Of a stretch of 37,360 nt of DNA, positions 8,165 to 16,207 are shown in pieces. Made by a program: the position numbers and the translations under genes. Every line of letters begins with the position of its first letter. Position 1 is the first letter of the stretch. This DNA comes from a virus. Lineage: Duplodnaviria > Heunggongvirae > Uroviricota > Caudoviricetes. The notes beneath the pieces were generated by a model that worked only from the letters and a program-made list of their open reading frames with translations, made no database searches and was not told where the DNA came from. Location: the IMG/VR virus record IMGVR_UViG_2541047905_000010, one strand, 5' to 3'.

Positions 8165-8854
8165 TTAACCATGCTTCCTGTACGTCTGCGGCATGCTTCC
8201 AATGACCTTACCGAATATGAACACCCGGTTCATCTCGTCTTTCTCGATCGGGTCCCACGGCGAGTAGCTCTTGTTATCAGAGATAACCAGCAGCTTATCC
8301 TTCATCATTTGAAGACGTTTTACATGGGCAGTGTCGTCGTACAGAAACGCATAGATGCCATCACCGTCGAAAGATTTAACAGTGATATCAACGAACAGCA
8401 GGTCACCTGGTTCGATCGTCCCTGACATGCTGTCACCTCGCACGTTAATGATGCGGATATTTTCCGCCTTCCTGCCATCGAACATGTGACGAGCATCGTC
8501 AAACGAGTACTCAACCGAGCGTAGAACTTCTACAAACTCACGGTTGATTACACCTGGCCCGGCACTGACTTCTATATCAAGAACGTCAATTTTGAAGTAT
8601 TTGGAATGGCTGACAGTTGATTGTATTGGTTGCACTGTACTGTCTGACATATTTCCAACGCCAGAAGATAACCATTCTGCGCGCACACCCAAAGCGTTCG
8701 CGATCTCCACGATTTTAGTTGTTTGGTTAGCTTTCCCTGTTTCGATTTTCTGAATAGCAGCCTGGCTAACCCCGACCAAATCCCCAAGCGCCTTTTGTGT
8801 AAGGCCTCGCGCTAATCTGGCTTCTTTAAGTCTTTCTGAGAGTGTTGTTTTCAT
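8165..8854 (-). CDS. Prophage repressor, HTH (XRE) + S24 LexA-like peptidase domain (CI-type, not lambda cI)
   Basis: 229 aa; N-terminal LTQKALGDLVGVSQAAIQKIETGK helix-turn-helix; C-terminal Ser/Lys autocleavage module (GDSMSGT...KRL); divergent from the cro-like gene. Confidence 0.9.
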   Translation of the reverse strand: MKTTLSERLKEARLARGLTQKALGDLVGVSQAAIQKIETGKANQTTKIVEIANALGVRAEWLSSGVGNMSDSTVQPIQSTVSHSKYFKIDVLDIEVSAGPGVINREFVEVLRSVEYSFDDARHMFDGRKAENIRIINVRGDSMSGTIEPGDLLFVDITVKSFDGDGIYAFLYDDTAHVKRLQMMKDKLLVISDNKSYSPWDPIEKDEMNRVFIFGKVIGSMPQTYRKHG

Positions 8855-8958
8855 AGATCAAATGTACAACCAAGGTTTTATTTCATCAAACGAAAATGGT
8901 TGTTGACTAAAAACAACCATAGTTTTAATCTTGATTCGGATTAACCACGGAGGTTGTT
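8855..8958. promoter_or_regulatory. OR / pRM-pR divergent promoter-operator region
   Basis: Palindrome atggttgtt-gactaaa-aacaaccat at 8896-8920 overlapping a TTGACT -35-like hexamer; further ACAACC/GGTTGT half-sites at 8866-8876 and 8952-8957. Confidence 0.6.
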
Positions 8959-9189
8959 ATGAACCCAGCAATCAAAACAGCGATCAATATCGTTGGTTCA
9001 CAAAAGAAACTAGGCGATGCCTGCGAAGTTTCACAGCAGGCCGTCTATAAGTGGCTTCACAACAAAGCAAAGGTATCCCCTGAACATGTCGGCAGCATTG
9101 TTACGGCTACTGGTGGAGTTGTGAAGGCATACCAGATTCGCCCGGATCTTCCGAAGTTGTTTCCACACACCGAAAAGAACGCAGCTTAA
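8959..9189 (+). CDS. Cro-like regulator (YdaS/Cro family HTH)
   Basis: 76-aa ORF divergent from the repressor; GGAGG ribosome-binding site; resembles Rac/CP-933P YdaS-type Cro. Confidence 0.8.
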   Translation: MNPAIKTAINIVGSQKKLGDACEVSQQAVYKWLHNKAKVSPEHVGSIVTATGGVVKAYQIRPDLPKLFPHTEKNAA

Positions 9190-9201
9190 ATTTCCATTTC
9201 A

Positions 9202-9213
9202 CGCTCTTTAACA
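9202..9213 (+). promoter_or_regulatory. boxA-like antitermination element (CGCTCTTTAACA)
   Basis: Matches the boxA consensus GCTCTTTAACAA at the position expected for nutR (just downstream of cro); no obvious boxB hairpin follows. Confidence 0.4.
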
Positions 9214-9258
9214 ATAAGCAATCAACTTAACAGTCAATTCAAACTAAAGGAGTCAATT

Positions 9259-9798
9259 ATGCAACCACTTACATACCAACAGACTAGCGGATTTATTCCG
9301 ACTGCGGTGATAAATCGTTCTCAAACAAAACAAGCTCCAGGCCACGAAAAAATCCGTGATGCCGTCCGCGCCTGGTCGGCTGTAGATAATCAGGATGTCG
9401 TTGCCGCACTCATTGTGAATGAGTATCGGGAGCAGGGCGACGGCACCATCGATTTCCCTGATGATGTCAGCCGTGCACGCCAGAAGCTGTTCCGCTTCCT
9501 CGATAACAAATTCGATTCTGAAAAATACCGAAATAACGTGCGTGAACTGACCCCGGCAATTCTGGCGGTACTACCGCTGGAATATCGCGGTTACCTGGTT
9601 GAGCAGGATAGCTTCATGACTCGGTTGGCTGAAATGGAAAAGGAACTCAGTGAGGCAAAACAGGCTGTCATTCTCAACGCACCACGCCACCAGAAACTGA
9701 AGGAAATGAGTGAAGGTATTGTGTCGATGTTTCGTGTGGACCCGGATCTGGCTGGTCCATTAATGGCGATGGTGACCACCATGCTGGGGGCAATATGA
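9259..9798 (+). CDS. YdaT-family protein (proposed CII functional analogue)
   Basis: 179 aa; occupies the cII slot; motif LTPAILAVLPLEYRGYL resembles the YdaT family as recalled. Confidence 0.65.
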   Translation: MQPLTYQQTSGFIPTAVINRSQTKQAPGHEKIRDAVRAWSAVDNQDVVAALIVNEYREQGDGTIDFPDDVSRARQKLFRFLDNKFDSEKYRNNVRELTPAILAVLPLEYRGYLVEQDSFMTRLAEMEKELSEAKQAVILNAPRHQKLKEMSEGIVSMFRVDPDLAGPLMAMVTTMLGAI

Positions 9799-9884
9799 CA
9801 GGTTCAGAAATGGCGAAAGTCGGTCTGCGGGAACAGAACCGACTTTCAGGTGCAAATCGTAACACACTCATTGCGGGAGGAATT

Positions 9885-10814
9885 ATGGCAAACACTGCTG
9901 AGATATTCAATTTTCCAGTGCCGGATGCGGCACAAAAGGAGCCGCGCGTGGCAGATCTCGATGATGGTTATACGCGCATTGCAAATGAGTTGCTGGAAGC
10001 TGTGATGCTGGCCGGATTAACACAGCACCAGCTTCTGGTCTTCCTGGCTGTCATGCGCAAAACATATGGCTTTAATAAAAAACTGGATTGGGTGAGCAAC
10101 GAGCAACTTTCCGAGTTGACCGGGATATTGCCGCACAAGTGTTCTGCTGCAAAAAGCGTTCTGGTAAAGCGTGGGATTCTTATTCAGAGCGGGCGGAATA
10201 TCGGCATTAATAATGTGGTCAGTGAATGGTCAACATTACCCGAATCAGGTAAGAAAAATAAAGTTTACCTGAAAGAGGTAAATTTACCTGAATCAGGTAA
10301 GAAAAGTTTACCCAAATCAGGTAAAGGCGTTTACCCGAATCAGGTAAACACAAAAGACAAACTAACAAAAGACAATATAAAACCTTTTTCGTCCGAGAAT
10401 TCTGGCGAATCCTCTGACCAACCAGAAAACGATCTTCCTGTGGAGAAACCAGATGCTGCAATTCAGAGCGGCAGCAGGTGGGGGACAGCAGAAGACCTGA
10501 CCGCCGCAGAGTGGATGTTTGACATGGTGAAGACCATCGCGCCATCAGCCAGAAAACCGAATTTTGCAGGGTGGGCTAACGATATCCGCCTGATGCGTGA
10601 ACGTGACGGACGTAACCACCGCGACATGTGCGTGCTGTTCCGCTGGGCATGCCAGGACAACTTCTGGTCCGGTAACGTGCTAAGTCCGGCCAAACTCCGC
10701 GACAAGTGGACCCAACTCGAAATCAACCGTAACAAGCAACAGGCTGGCGTGACAGCCGGAAAATCAAAACTCGACCTGACAAACACTGACTGGATTTATG
10801 GGGTGGATTTATGA
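9885..10814 (+). CDS. O: Replication initiator O (lambda O family); track ORF starts at 9795
   Basis: N-terminal region VADLDDGYTRIANELLEA...RKTYGFNK matches lambda O; ori iterons embedded in the coding sequence; GGAGG ribosome-binding site before ATG 9885. Confidence 0.9.
   Translation: MANTAEIFNFPVPDAAQKEPRVADLDDGYTRIANELLEAVMLAGLTQHQLLVFLAVMRKTYGFNKKLDWVSNEQLSELTGILPHKCSAAKSVLVKRGILIQSGRNIGINNVVSEWSTLPESGKKNKVYLKEVNLPESGKKSLPKSGKGVYPNQVNTKDKLTKDNIKPFSSENSGESSDQPENDLPVEKPDAAIQSGSRWGTAEDLTAAEWMFDMVKTIAPSARKPNFAGWANDIRLMRERDGRNHRDMCVLFRWACQDNFWSGNVLSPAKLRDKWTQLEINRNKQQAGVTAGKSKLDLTNTDWIYGVDL
10236..10385. repeat. Origin of replication: four to five ~19-bp iterons (tttacccgaatcaggtaag-type) plus A-rich tract
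   Basis: Direct repeats at about 10236-10253, 10283-10301, 10307-10325, 10329-10347 with a degenerate copy at 10264-10282, then cacaaaagacaaactaacaaaagacaatataaaa. Confidence 0.85.
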
Positions 10815-11512
10815 AAAACATCGCCGCACAGATGGTTAACTTTGACCGTGAGCAGATGCGCCGGATCGCCAACAACATGCCGGAACAGTACGACGAAAAG
10901 CCGCAGGTACAGCAGGTAGCGCGGATCATCAACGGTGTGTTCAGCCAGTTACTGGCAACTTTCCCGGCGAGCCTGGCTAACCGGGACCAGAACGAACTGA
11001 ACGAAATCCGCCGCCAGTGGGTTCTGGCTTTCCGGGAAAACGGGATCACCACAATGGAACAGGTTAACGCAGGAATGCGCGTAGCCCGTCGGCAGAATCG
11101 ACCATTCCTGCCATCACCCGGGCAGTTTGTCGCCTGGTGCCGGGAAGAAGCATCCGTTACCGCCGGACTGCCAAACGCCAGCGAGCTGGTTGATATGGTT
11201 TACGAGTATTGCCGGAAGCGTGGCCTGTATCCGGACGCAGAGTCTTATCCATGGAAATCAAACGCGCACTACTGGTTGGTTACCAACCTGTACCAGAACA
11301 TGCGGGCCAATGCGCTGACTGACGCGGAATTACGGCGTAAAGCTGCCGATGAGCTGACCTGTATGACCGCGCGAATTAACCGTGGTGAGGCGATACCTGA
11401 ACCAGTAAAACAACTTCCTGTCATGGGCGGTAGGCCTCTAAATCGTGCACAGGCTCTGGCGAAGATCGCAGAAATCAAAGCGAAGTTCGGACTGAAAGGA
11501 GCAACTGTATGA
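10811..11512 (+). CDS. P: Replication protein P (DnaB helicase loader, 233 aa)
   Basis: 233-aa ORF matching lambda P from memory (MKNIAAQMVNFDREQMRRIANNMPEQYDEKPQVQQVA...). Confidence 0.96.
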   Translation: MKNIAAQMVNFDREQMRRIANNMPEQYDEKPQVQQVARIINGVFSQLLATFPASLANRDQNELNEIRRQWVLAFRENGITTMEQVNAGMRVARRQNRPFLPSPGQFVAWCREEASVTAGLPNASELVDMVYEYCRKRGLYPDAESYPWKSNAHYWLVTNLYQNMRANALTDAELRRKAADELTCMTARINRGEAIPEPVKQLPVMGGRPLNRAQALAKIAEIKAKFGLKGATV

Positions 11513-11682
11513 CGGGCAAAGAGGCAATTATTCATTATCTGGAGACGCACAAGAGCTTCTGTGCGCCGGACGTTGCTGCGACAACAGGTGTGACATTAAC
11601 CAGCATAAATCAGGCTGCGGCAAAAATGGCGCGGGCAGGAATCCTGGTCATTGATGGTAAGGTCTGGCGAACGTTTGTTTAA
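11509..11682 (+). CDS. ren: Ren-like protein, C-terminally truncated (57 aa)
   Basis: MTGKEAIIHYLETHKSFCAPDVAATTGVTLTSINQAAAKMARAGILVIDGKVWRTFV matches the N-terminal ~55 residues of lambda Ren as recalled; start overlaps the P stop (ATGA). Confidence 0.7.
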   Translation: MTGKEAIIHYLETHKSFCAPDVAATTGVTLTSINQAAAKMARAGILVIDGKVWRTFV

Positions 11683-11828
11683 CGGTTAGCTACTCAGGAT
11701 GATAGGGCGGGGCAAGTGAGTATGAAGCGGATTTTCAGGAATGCCATCAGAGTTTGGAAATAAAGTGGGTTTTCTAGTGGCAAGAGACTTGATAATATTT
11801 AGTTCTTTAAATCCAAGGAGATAGGGTT

Positions 11829-12323
11829 ATGAGAAAATTTATTATAGCCTTTGTCATAAGTGCCTCGTTTACTGCAAATGCTGGTGTAGAGAAGTTAGGG
11901 TCGTGGATAACAAAGTCTGAGATAAATAAAATGACTGACCAGACTGACTTTGTGGCTCTTAATTTATCACCAGATTCATATAACAAAGCAGGTACTGATC
12001 GTGCAACTTCACTGGTGTTGCGTTGTAGTGATAACAAAACAGATGCCTATTTATCATTCAATGATTATATGGGTTCGGACAACCCAAGAATTACAGTGCG
12101 GTTAGATGGCGGAAAGCCGGTCAAGAGTGCTTGGGGAGGTGGGGAAGGCGGTGATTCTGCATTTGCTCCACAACCAATACAATTTATAAAGACCTTGGCT
12201 AAGCATAAAAAAGCTATTTTTGGGTTTGAACCTTATGGATCAACTATGCAAGTAGTTGAGTTTGACTTGTCTGAGATTGATAAGGTTGTGGAAAAAATTT
12301 CACAGTCTTGCAATTGGAAATGA
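11829..12323 (+). CDS. Secreted/periplasmic hypothetical protein (Sec signal peptide, two Cys); AT-rich moron
   Basis: 164 aa; MRKFIIAFVISASFTANA signal peptide; AAGGAGA ribosome-binding site; followed by an intrinsic terminator; lower GC than the flanks. Confidence 0.7.
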   Translation: MRKFIIAFVISASFTANAGVEKLGSWITKSEINKMTDQTDFVALNLSPDSYNKAGTDRATSLVLRCSDNKTDAYLSFNDYMGSDNPRITVRLDGGKPVKSAWGGGEGGDSAFAPQPIQFIKTLAKHKKAIFGFEPYGSTMQVVEFDLSEIDKVVEKISQSCNWK

Positions 12324-12340
12324 CAAAAAAATTTCATATG

Positions 12341-12368
12341 AACCCAGTTGGCGCTGGGTTTTTTATTT
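12341..12368 (+). terminator. Intrinsic terminator after the secreted-protein gene
   Basis: aacccag-ttggcg-ctgggtt hairpin followed by ttttatttc. Confidence 0.65.
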
Positions 12369-13096
12369 CAGTAGCCAATAATGCATTCAAAATCTCTTAC
12401 TTGAGAAACGGCCTATTTGAGATTTCAGTCGTGGCAGGATGATCAGTTGATTCGAGTATTGACGCATTTGCGTTCGGAGCGATTACAGTAGATTGTAAAT
12501 AATAATGAGAAACACATAGCCACATAGCCACCCCGTGGTATTGAAACCATATAATGTTGGATTTGAAAACAGATCTTTTCCCATGTATTAATAACTACAT
12601 CCCCGCGAGTGATTCAAAAAGGAGGGCCCAATTTTGTCCGAGTTTTTGTATTCCCCCGCATGCCGCTGCGGAGCACTACATCTGAGTGTCTGACTAGGGG
12701 ATAAAATTAGACTGGATAGTGAGAAGAAAGTGGCGCGCTAGGCTGTGCCGAGTGCTACCAGTACACCTTGGGGGTGTGCAGCTTTCGCCGAGACTGTAGT
12801 GGGTATCGGTTAATGCACGAAAAACCGAGAGGTCAGACAACCAATTTGCCGTAGGATTGTTTCCGGTGCGATACCGGTCTACTAACTGAAAGCAATGCGA
12901 AAAAGCATAAACTCGGTCCTTCAGTCGCCCTACACACTATTTACTAAGAAGGGCTGAAGCATGGATACAATTATTACATGGATGGGAGATCGTCTGTTGG
13001 GGGGGACACAAAAATCCGATCTGCAGCAGATGGCGATCACTGGATTAACTTCCGCGATTTGTTCAACAATTTTGTACACTGAAAAATTAAAACATG

Positions 13097-13105
13097 GTGA
13101 GCCTA
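13097..13105. repeat. IS1 target-site duplication, left copy (gtgagccta)
   Basis: Identical 9-mer directly flanks both IS1 ends. Confidence 0.9.
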
Positions 13106-13120
13106 GGTAATGACTCCAAC

Positions 13121-13624
13121 TTATTGATAGTGTTTTATGTTCAGATAATGCCCGATGACTTTGTCATGCAGCTCCACCGATTTTGAGAACGACAGCGACT
13201 TCCGTCCCAGCCGTGCCAGGTGCTGCCTCAGATTCAGGTTATGCCGCTCAATTCGCTGCGTATATCGCTTGCTGATTACGTGCAGCTTTCCCTTCAGGCG
13301 GGATTCATACAGCGGCCAGCCATCCGTCATCCATATCACCACGTCAAAGGGTGACAGCAGGCTCATAAGACGCCCCAGCGTCGCCATAGTGCGTTCACCG
13401 AATACGTGCGCAACAACCGTCTTCCGGAGCCTGTCATACGCGTAAAACAGCCAGCGCTGGCGCGATTTAGCCCCGACATAGCCCCACTGTTCGTCCATTT
13501 CCGCGCAGACGATGACGTCACTGCCCGGCTGTATGCGCGAGGTTACCGACTGCGGCCTGAGTTTTTTAAGTGACGTAAAATCGTGTTGAGGCCAACGCCC
13601 ATAATGCGGGCTGTTGCCCGGCAT
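13121..13624 (-). CDS. insB: IS1 transposase InsB (expressed as InsAB' by -1 frameshift)
   Basis: 167-aa ORF matching IS1 InsB from memory ([58 protein letters not shown]...). Confidence 0.93.
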
Positions 13625-13818
13625 CCAACGCCATTCATGGCCATATCAATGATTTTCTGGTGCGTACCGGGTTGAGAAGCGGTGTAAGTGAACTGCAGTT
13701 GCCATGTTTTACGGCAGTGAGAGCAGAGATAGCGCTGATGTCCGGCGGTGCTTTTGCCGTTACGCACCACCCCGTCAGTAGCTGAACAGGAGGGACAGCT
13801 GATAGAAACAGAAGCCAC
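13543..13818 (-). CDS. insA: IS1 InsA (transposition inhibitor / N-terminal part of InsAB')
   Basis: 91-aa [45 protein letters not shown]... Confidence 0.93.
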
Positions 13819-13873
13819 TGGAGCACCTCAAAAACACCATCATACACTAAATCAGTAAGTTGGCAGCATCACC

Positions 13874-13882
13874 GTGAGCCTA
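13874..13882. repeat. IS1 target-site duplication, right copy (gtgagccta)
   Basis: Identical to 13097-13105. Confidence 0.9.
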
Positions 13883-14144
13883 TTAACCCAAACGAAGAAG
13901 AAAAACTTTATAGGCTTTGGTATGAAGGAAACGCTTGAAAGAATAAAGCACAATTAAAACCTTTGATTTGCGATAATCAACTTGCCATAATTAAGTAATC
14001 GGAGCCTGAACAACTCCGGTGACTTCTGCGCTAAACGGGGACGTTTATGCGCACATACAATCCAAACTATCTTCTCCTTTCACAGATGCAGAAATGCACC
14101 TGCAATTCTTTGCATCTAGCGTTTGACCTCTGTGGAGGTGAAGC

Positions 14145-14600
14145 GTGAACCTCCCACAAGATGGCATCAAATTGCATCGCGGTAACTTCACCGCTATCGG
14201 TCAGCAGATCCAGCCTTATCTGGAAGACGGCAAATGCTTTCGCATGGTGCTTAAACCGTGGCGAGAGAGACGCAGTCTTTCCCAGAATGCACTCAGCCAC
14301 ATGTGGTACAGCGAAATCAGTGAATACCTCATCAGCAGGGGGAAATCGTTCGCTACCGCAGCATGGGTAAAAGATGCTCTCAAACACACATACCTCGGTT
14401 ATGAAACCAAGGACCTGGTTGATGTCGTAACCGGCGAAATCACTACTATCCAGTCGTTACGCCATACCTCCGATCTTGATACCGGAGAGATGTATGTCTT
14501 CCTGTGTAAGGTTGAAGCCTGGGCGATGAATATTGGCTGCCACCTGACTATTCCGCAGAGCTGCGAGTTCCAGCTGCTGCGCGACAAGCAGGAGGCGTAA
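14145..14600 (+). CDS. ninB: NinB-family recombination protein (DLP12 YbcN-like)
   Basis: 151 aa with GTG start; [20 protein letters not shown] motif typical of the NinB family; first gene of the nin module. Confidence 0.75.
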   Translation: MNLPQDGIKLHRGNFTAIGQQIQPYLEDGKCFRMVLKPWRERRSLSQNALSHMWYSEISEYLISRGKSFATAAWVKDALKHTYLGYETKDLVDVVTGEITTIQSLRHTSDLDTGEMYVFLCKVEAWAMNIGCHLTIPQSCEFQLLRDKQEA

Positions 14601-14770
14601 TGGCTACACCGCTTATTCGTGTCATGAACGGACACATCTACAAAGTACCAAATCGTCGTAAGCGTAAACCTGAGCTGAAGCCATCCGAAATACCAACACT
14701 GCTCGGATATACCGCTAGCCTGGTTGATAAAAAATGGTTGCGACTGGCAGCAAGGAGGAATCATGGCTGA
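14600..14770 (+). CDS. ninE: NinE-like small protein (56 aa)
   Basis: Small ORF overlapping the ninB stop (TAATG); basic KPxxxP...WLRLAARR pattern resembles lambda NinE as recalled. Confidence 0.55.
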   Translation: MATPLIRVMNGHIYKVPNRRKRKPELKPSEIPTLLGYTASLVDKKWLRLAARRNHG

Positions 14771-15053
14771 TTTGAGAAAAGCAGCGCGTGGTCGGGAATG
14801 CCAGGTAAGAATCCCTGGCGTATGTAATGGCAACCCTGAAACGTCTGTACTGGCACATATCCGGCTGACTGGATTGTGCGGCACCGGTACGAAACCGCCA
14901 GACCTGATTGCCACCATTGCATGTTCTGCCTGCCACGACGAAATCGACCGCCGCACGCATTTTGTTGACGCTGGATATGCAAAAGAATGCGCGCTGGAAG
15001 GTATGGCGAGAACGCAGGTTATCTGGCTGAAAGAGGGGGTAATTAAGGCGTGA
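14763..15053 (+). CDS. DUF1364-family zinc-finger protein (DLP12 YbcO-like, 96 aa)
   Basis: CQVRIPGVC...[11 protein letters not shown] cysteine motifs; gene immediately precedes rusA as in DLP12. Confidence 0.7.
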   Translation: MADLRKAARGRECQVRIPGVCNGNPETSVLAHIRLTGLCGTGTKPPDLIATIACSACHDEIDRRTHFVDAGYAKECALEGMARTQVIWLKEGVIKA

Positions 15054-15412
15054 ATACTTACCACATCACACTACCCTGGCCGCCGAGCAATAACCGCTAC
15101 TACCGCCATAATCGAGGGCGCACGCACATCAGCGCAGAAGGGCAGGCATACCGCGATAACGTCGCCCGAATCATTAAAGGCTCAATGCTGGATATCGGTC
15201 TGGCTATGCCTGTGAAAATCCGCATTGAGTGCCACATGCCGGATCGCCGTCGCCGTGACCTGGATAATCTACAAAAAGCCTCTTTTGACGCACTCACCAA
15301 AGCAGGTTTCTGGCTGGATGATGCTCAGGTCGTTGATTACCGCGTTGTGAAGATGCCTGTTACCAAAGGTGGGAGGCTGGAACTGACCATCACCGAAATG
15401 GGGAATGAATGA
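15050..15412 (+). CDS. rusA: RusA Holliday-junction resolvase (120 aa)
   Basis: [26 protein letters not shown]...[11 protein letters not shown]; near-identical to E. coli RusA as recalled. Confidence 0.95.
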   Translation: MNTYHITLPWPPSNNRYYRHNRGRTHISAEGQAYRDNVARIIKGSMLDIGLAMPVKIRIECHMPDRRRRDLDNLQKASFDALTKAGFWLDDAQVVDYRVVKMPVTKGGRLELTITEMGNE

Positions 15413-15549
15413 TGTTTGAGTTTTATATGGCAGAACTTCTTCGCCACCGCTGGGGGCATCTGCGCTTATATCGTTTCCCCGGTTCTGTTTTGACCGATTA
15501 CCGAATACTGAAGAATTACGCCAAAACCCTGACAGGAGCAGGAGTATGA
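15409..15549 (+). CDS. YlcG-like small protein (46 aa)
   Basis: Small ORF overlapping the rusA stop (ATGATG); corresponds to the ylcG slot between rusA and Q in DLP12. Confidence 0.45.
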   Translation: MMFEFYMAELLRHRWGHLRLYRFPGSVLTDYRILKNYAKTLTGAGV

Positions 15550-15634
15550 AGTCAGAGATAACAATCAACTAATACTGTTTTGTTGATTTTTGCTTGTAAT
15601 TGGCGTTCTGGTCTGATTTTTGTGGAGTAAGTTG

Positions 15635-16018
15635 ATGCGTGATATTCAGATGGTTCTTGAGCGTTGGGGAGCGTGGGCGGCTAATAATCATGAAGATGTG
15701 ACCTGGTCGTCCATTGCCGCCGGTTTTAAGGGATTAATTACTTCAAAAGTAAAATCTCGCCCGCAATGTTGTGACGATGACGCTATGATCATTTGCGGGT
15801 GCATGGCCCGTCTGAAAAAGAACAACAGCGATTTGCACGATTTATTAGTAGATTATTATGTAGTCGGTATGACATTCATGTCACTGGCAGGTAAGCATTG
15901 CTGCTCTGATGGTTATATCGGGAAAAGGTTACAGAAGGCTGAGGGCATAATTGAAGGGATGTTAATGGCATTAGATATCCAGTTAGAGATGGATATCGTT
16001 GTTAATAACTCTAATTAA
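15635..16018 (+). CDS. Q: Late-gene antiterminator Q (DLP12 QuuD-like, 127 aa from ATG)
   Basis: Position between rusA and the lysis genes; cysteine-rich ([16 protein letters not shown]); track ORF begins at an upstream TTG. Confidence 0.8.
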   Translation: MRDIQMVLERWGAWAANNHEDVTWSSIAAGFKGLITSKVKSRPQCCDDDAMIICGCMARLKKNNSDLHDLLVDYYVVGMTFMSLAGKHCCSDGYIGKRLQKAEGIIEGMLMALDIQLEMDIVVNNSN

Positions 16019-16039
16019 TATGCCAATTGTTTACTAAAA

Positions 16040-16207
16040 ATTATTAAAAATGGGGCGTTGAGACGCCCCCAAAAATAAAGGGTAATATATAACAGAAGGT
16101 TTATATAGTTAGAAGCAAGGTTGTGCTTCTAAAGGAAGTGGCTTGAGGGAGCCACTTATATGTTGGGGAGGCAACGCCTCCCGCAACATATCTTTTTCGT
16201 AATCAGA
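16040..16207 (-). ncRNA. Candidate small RNA / structured 3'UTR downstream of the porin gene (IpeX-like position)
   Basis: Minus-strand RNA folds into consecutive hairpins (GCGGGAGGCGUUGCCUCCC; GUGGCUCCCUCAAGCCAC; GAAGCACAACCUUGCUUC) ending in GGGGCGUCUCAACGCCCC + AUUUUUAAUAAUUUUU. Confidence 0.3.

Larger units (their letters stand above)
13106..13873 (-). mobile_element. IS1: Insertion sequence IS1 (768 bp, complete)
   Basis: Terminal inverted repeats ggtaatgactccaacttattgat ... atcagtaagttggcagcatcacc; encodes InsA and InsB; 768 bp. Confidence 0.95.
12961..13938 (+). pseudogene. Small ORF (about 66 codons when reconstituted) interrupted by IS1
   Basis: ATG at 12961 reads in frame up to the IS1 boundary; removing IS1 and one copy of the target duplication restores a continuous frame ending at TGA 13936-13938. 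Confidence 0.25.

Noticed and set aside
12330-12960. Retron, CRISPR array, tRNA, or group I/II intron in the ORF-free segment
   Set aside because: No reverse transcriptase or cas gene nearby, no direct-repeat/spacer periodicity, no tRNA cloverleaf recognised, and no intron-encoded ORF or interrupted host gene; left as an unassigned structured-RNA candidate.
14399-15568. Minus-strand ORFs (221 aa at 14399-15064; 99 aa at 15269-15568) across the nin/rusA region
   Set aside because: Antisense to the tightly overlapping ninB-ninE-DUF1364-rusA-ylcG operon, whose gene order and overlaps match DLP12.
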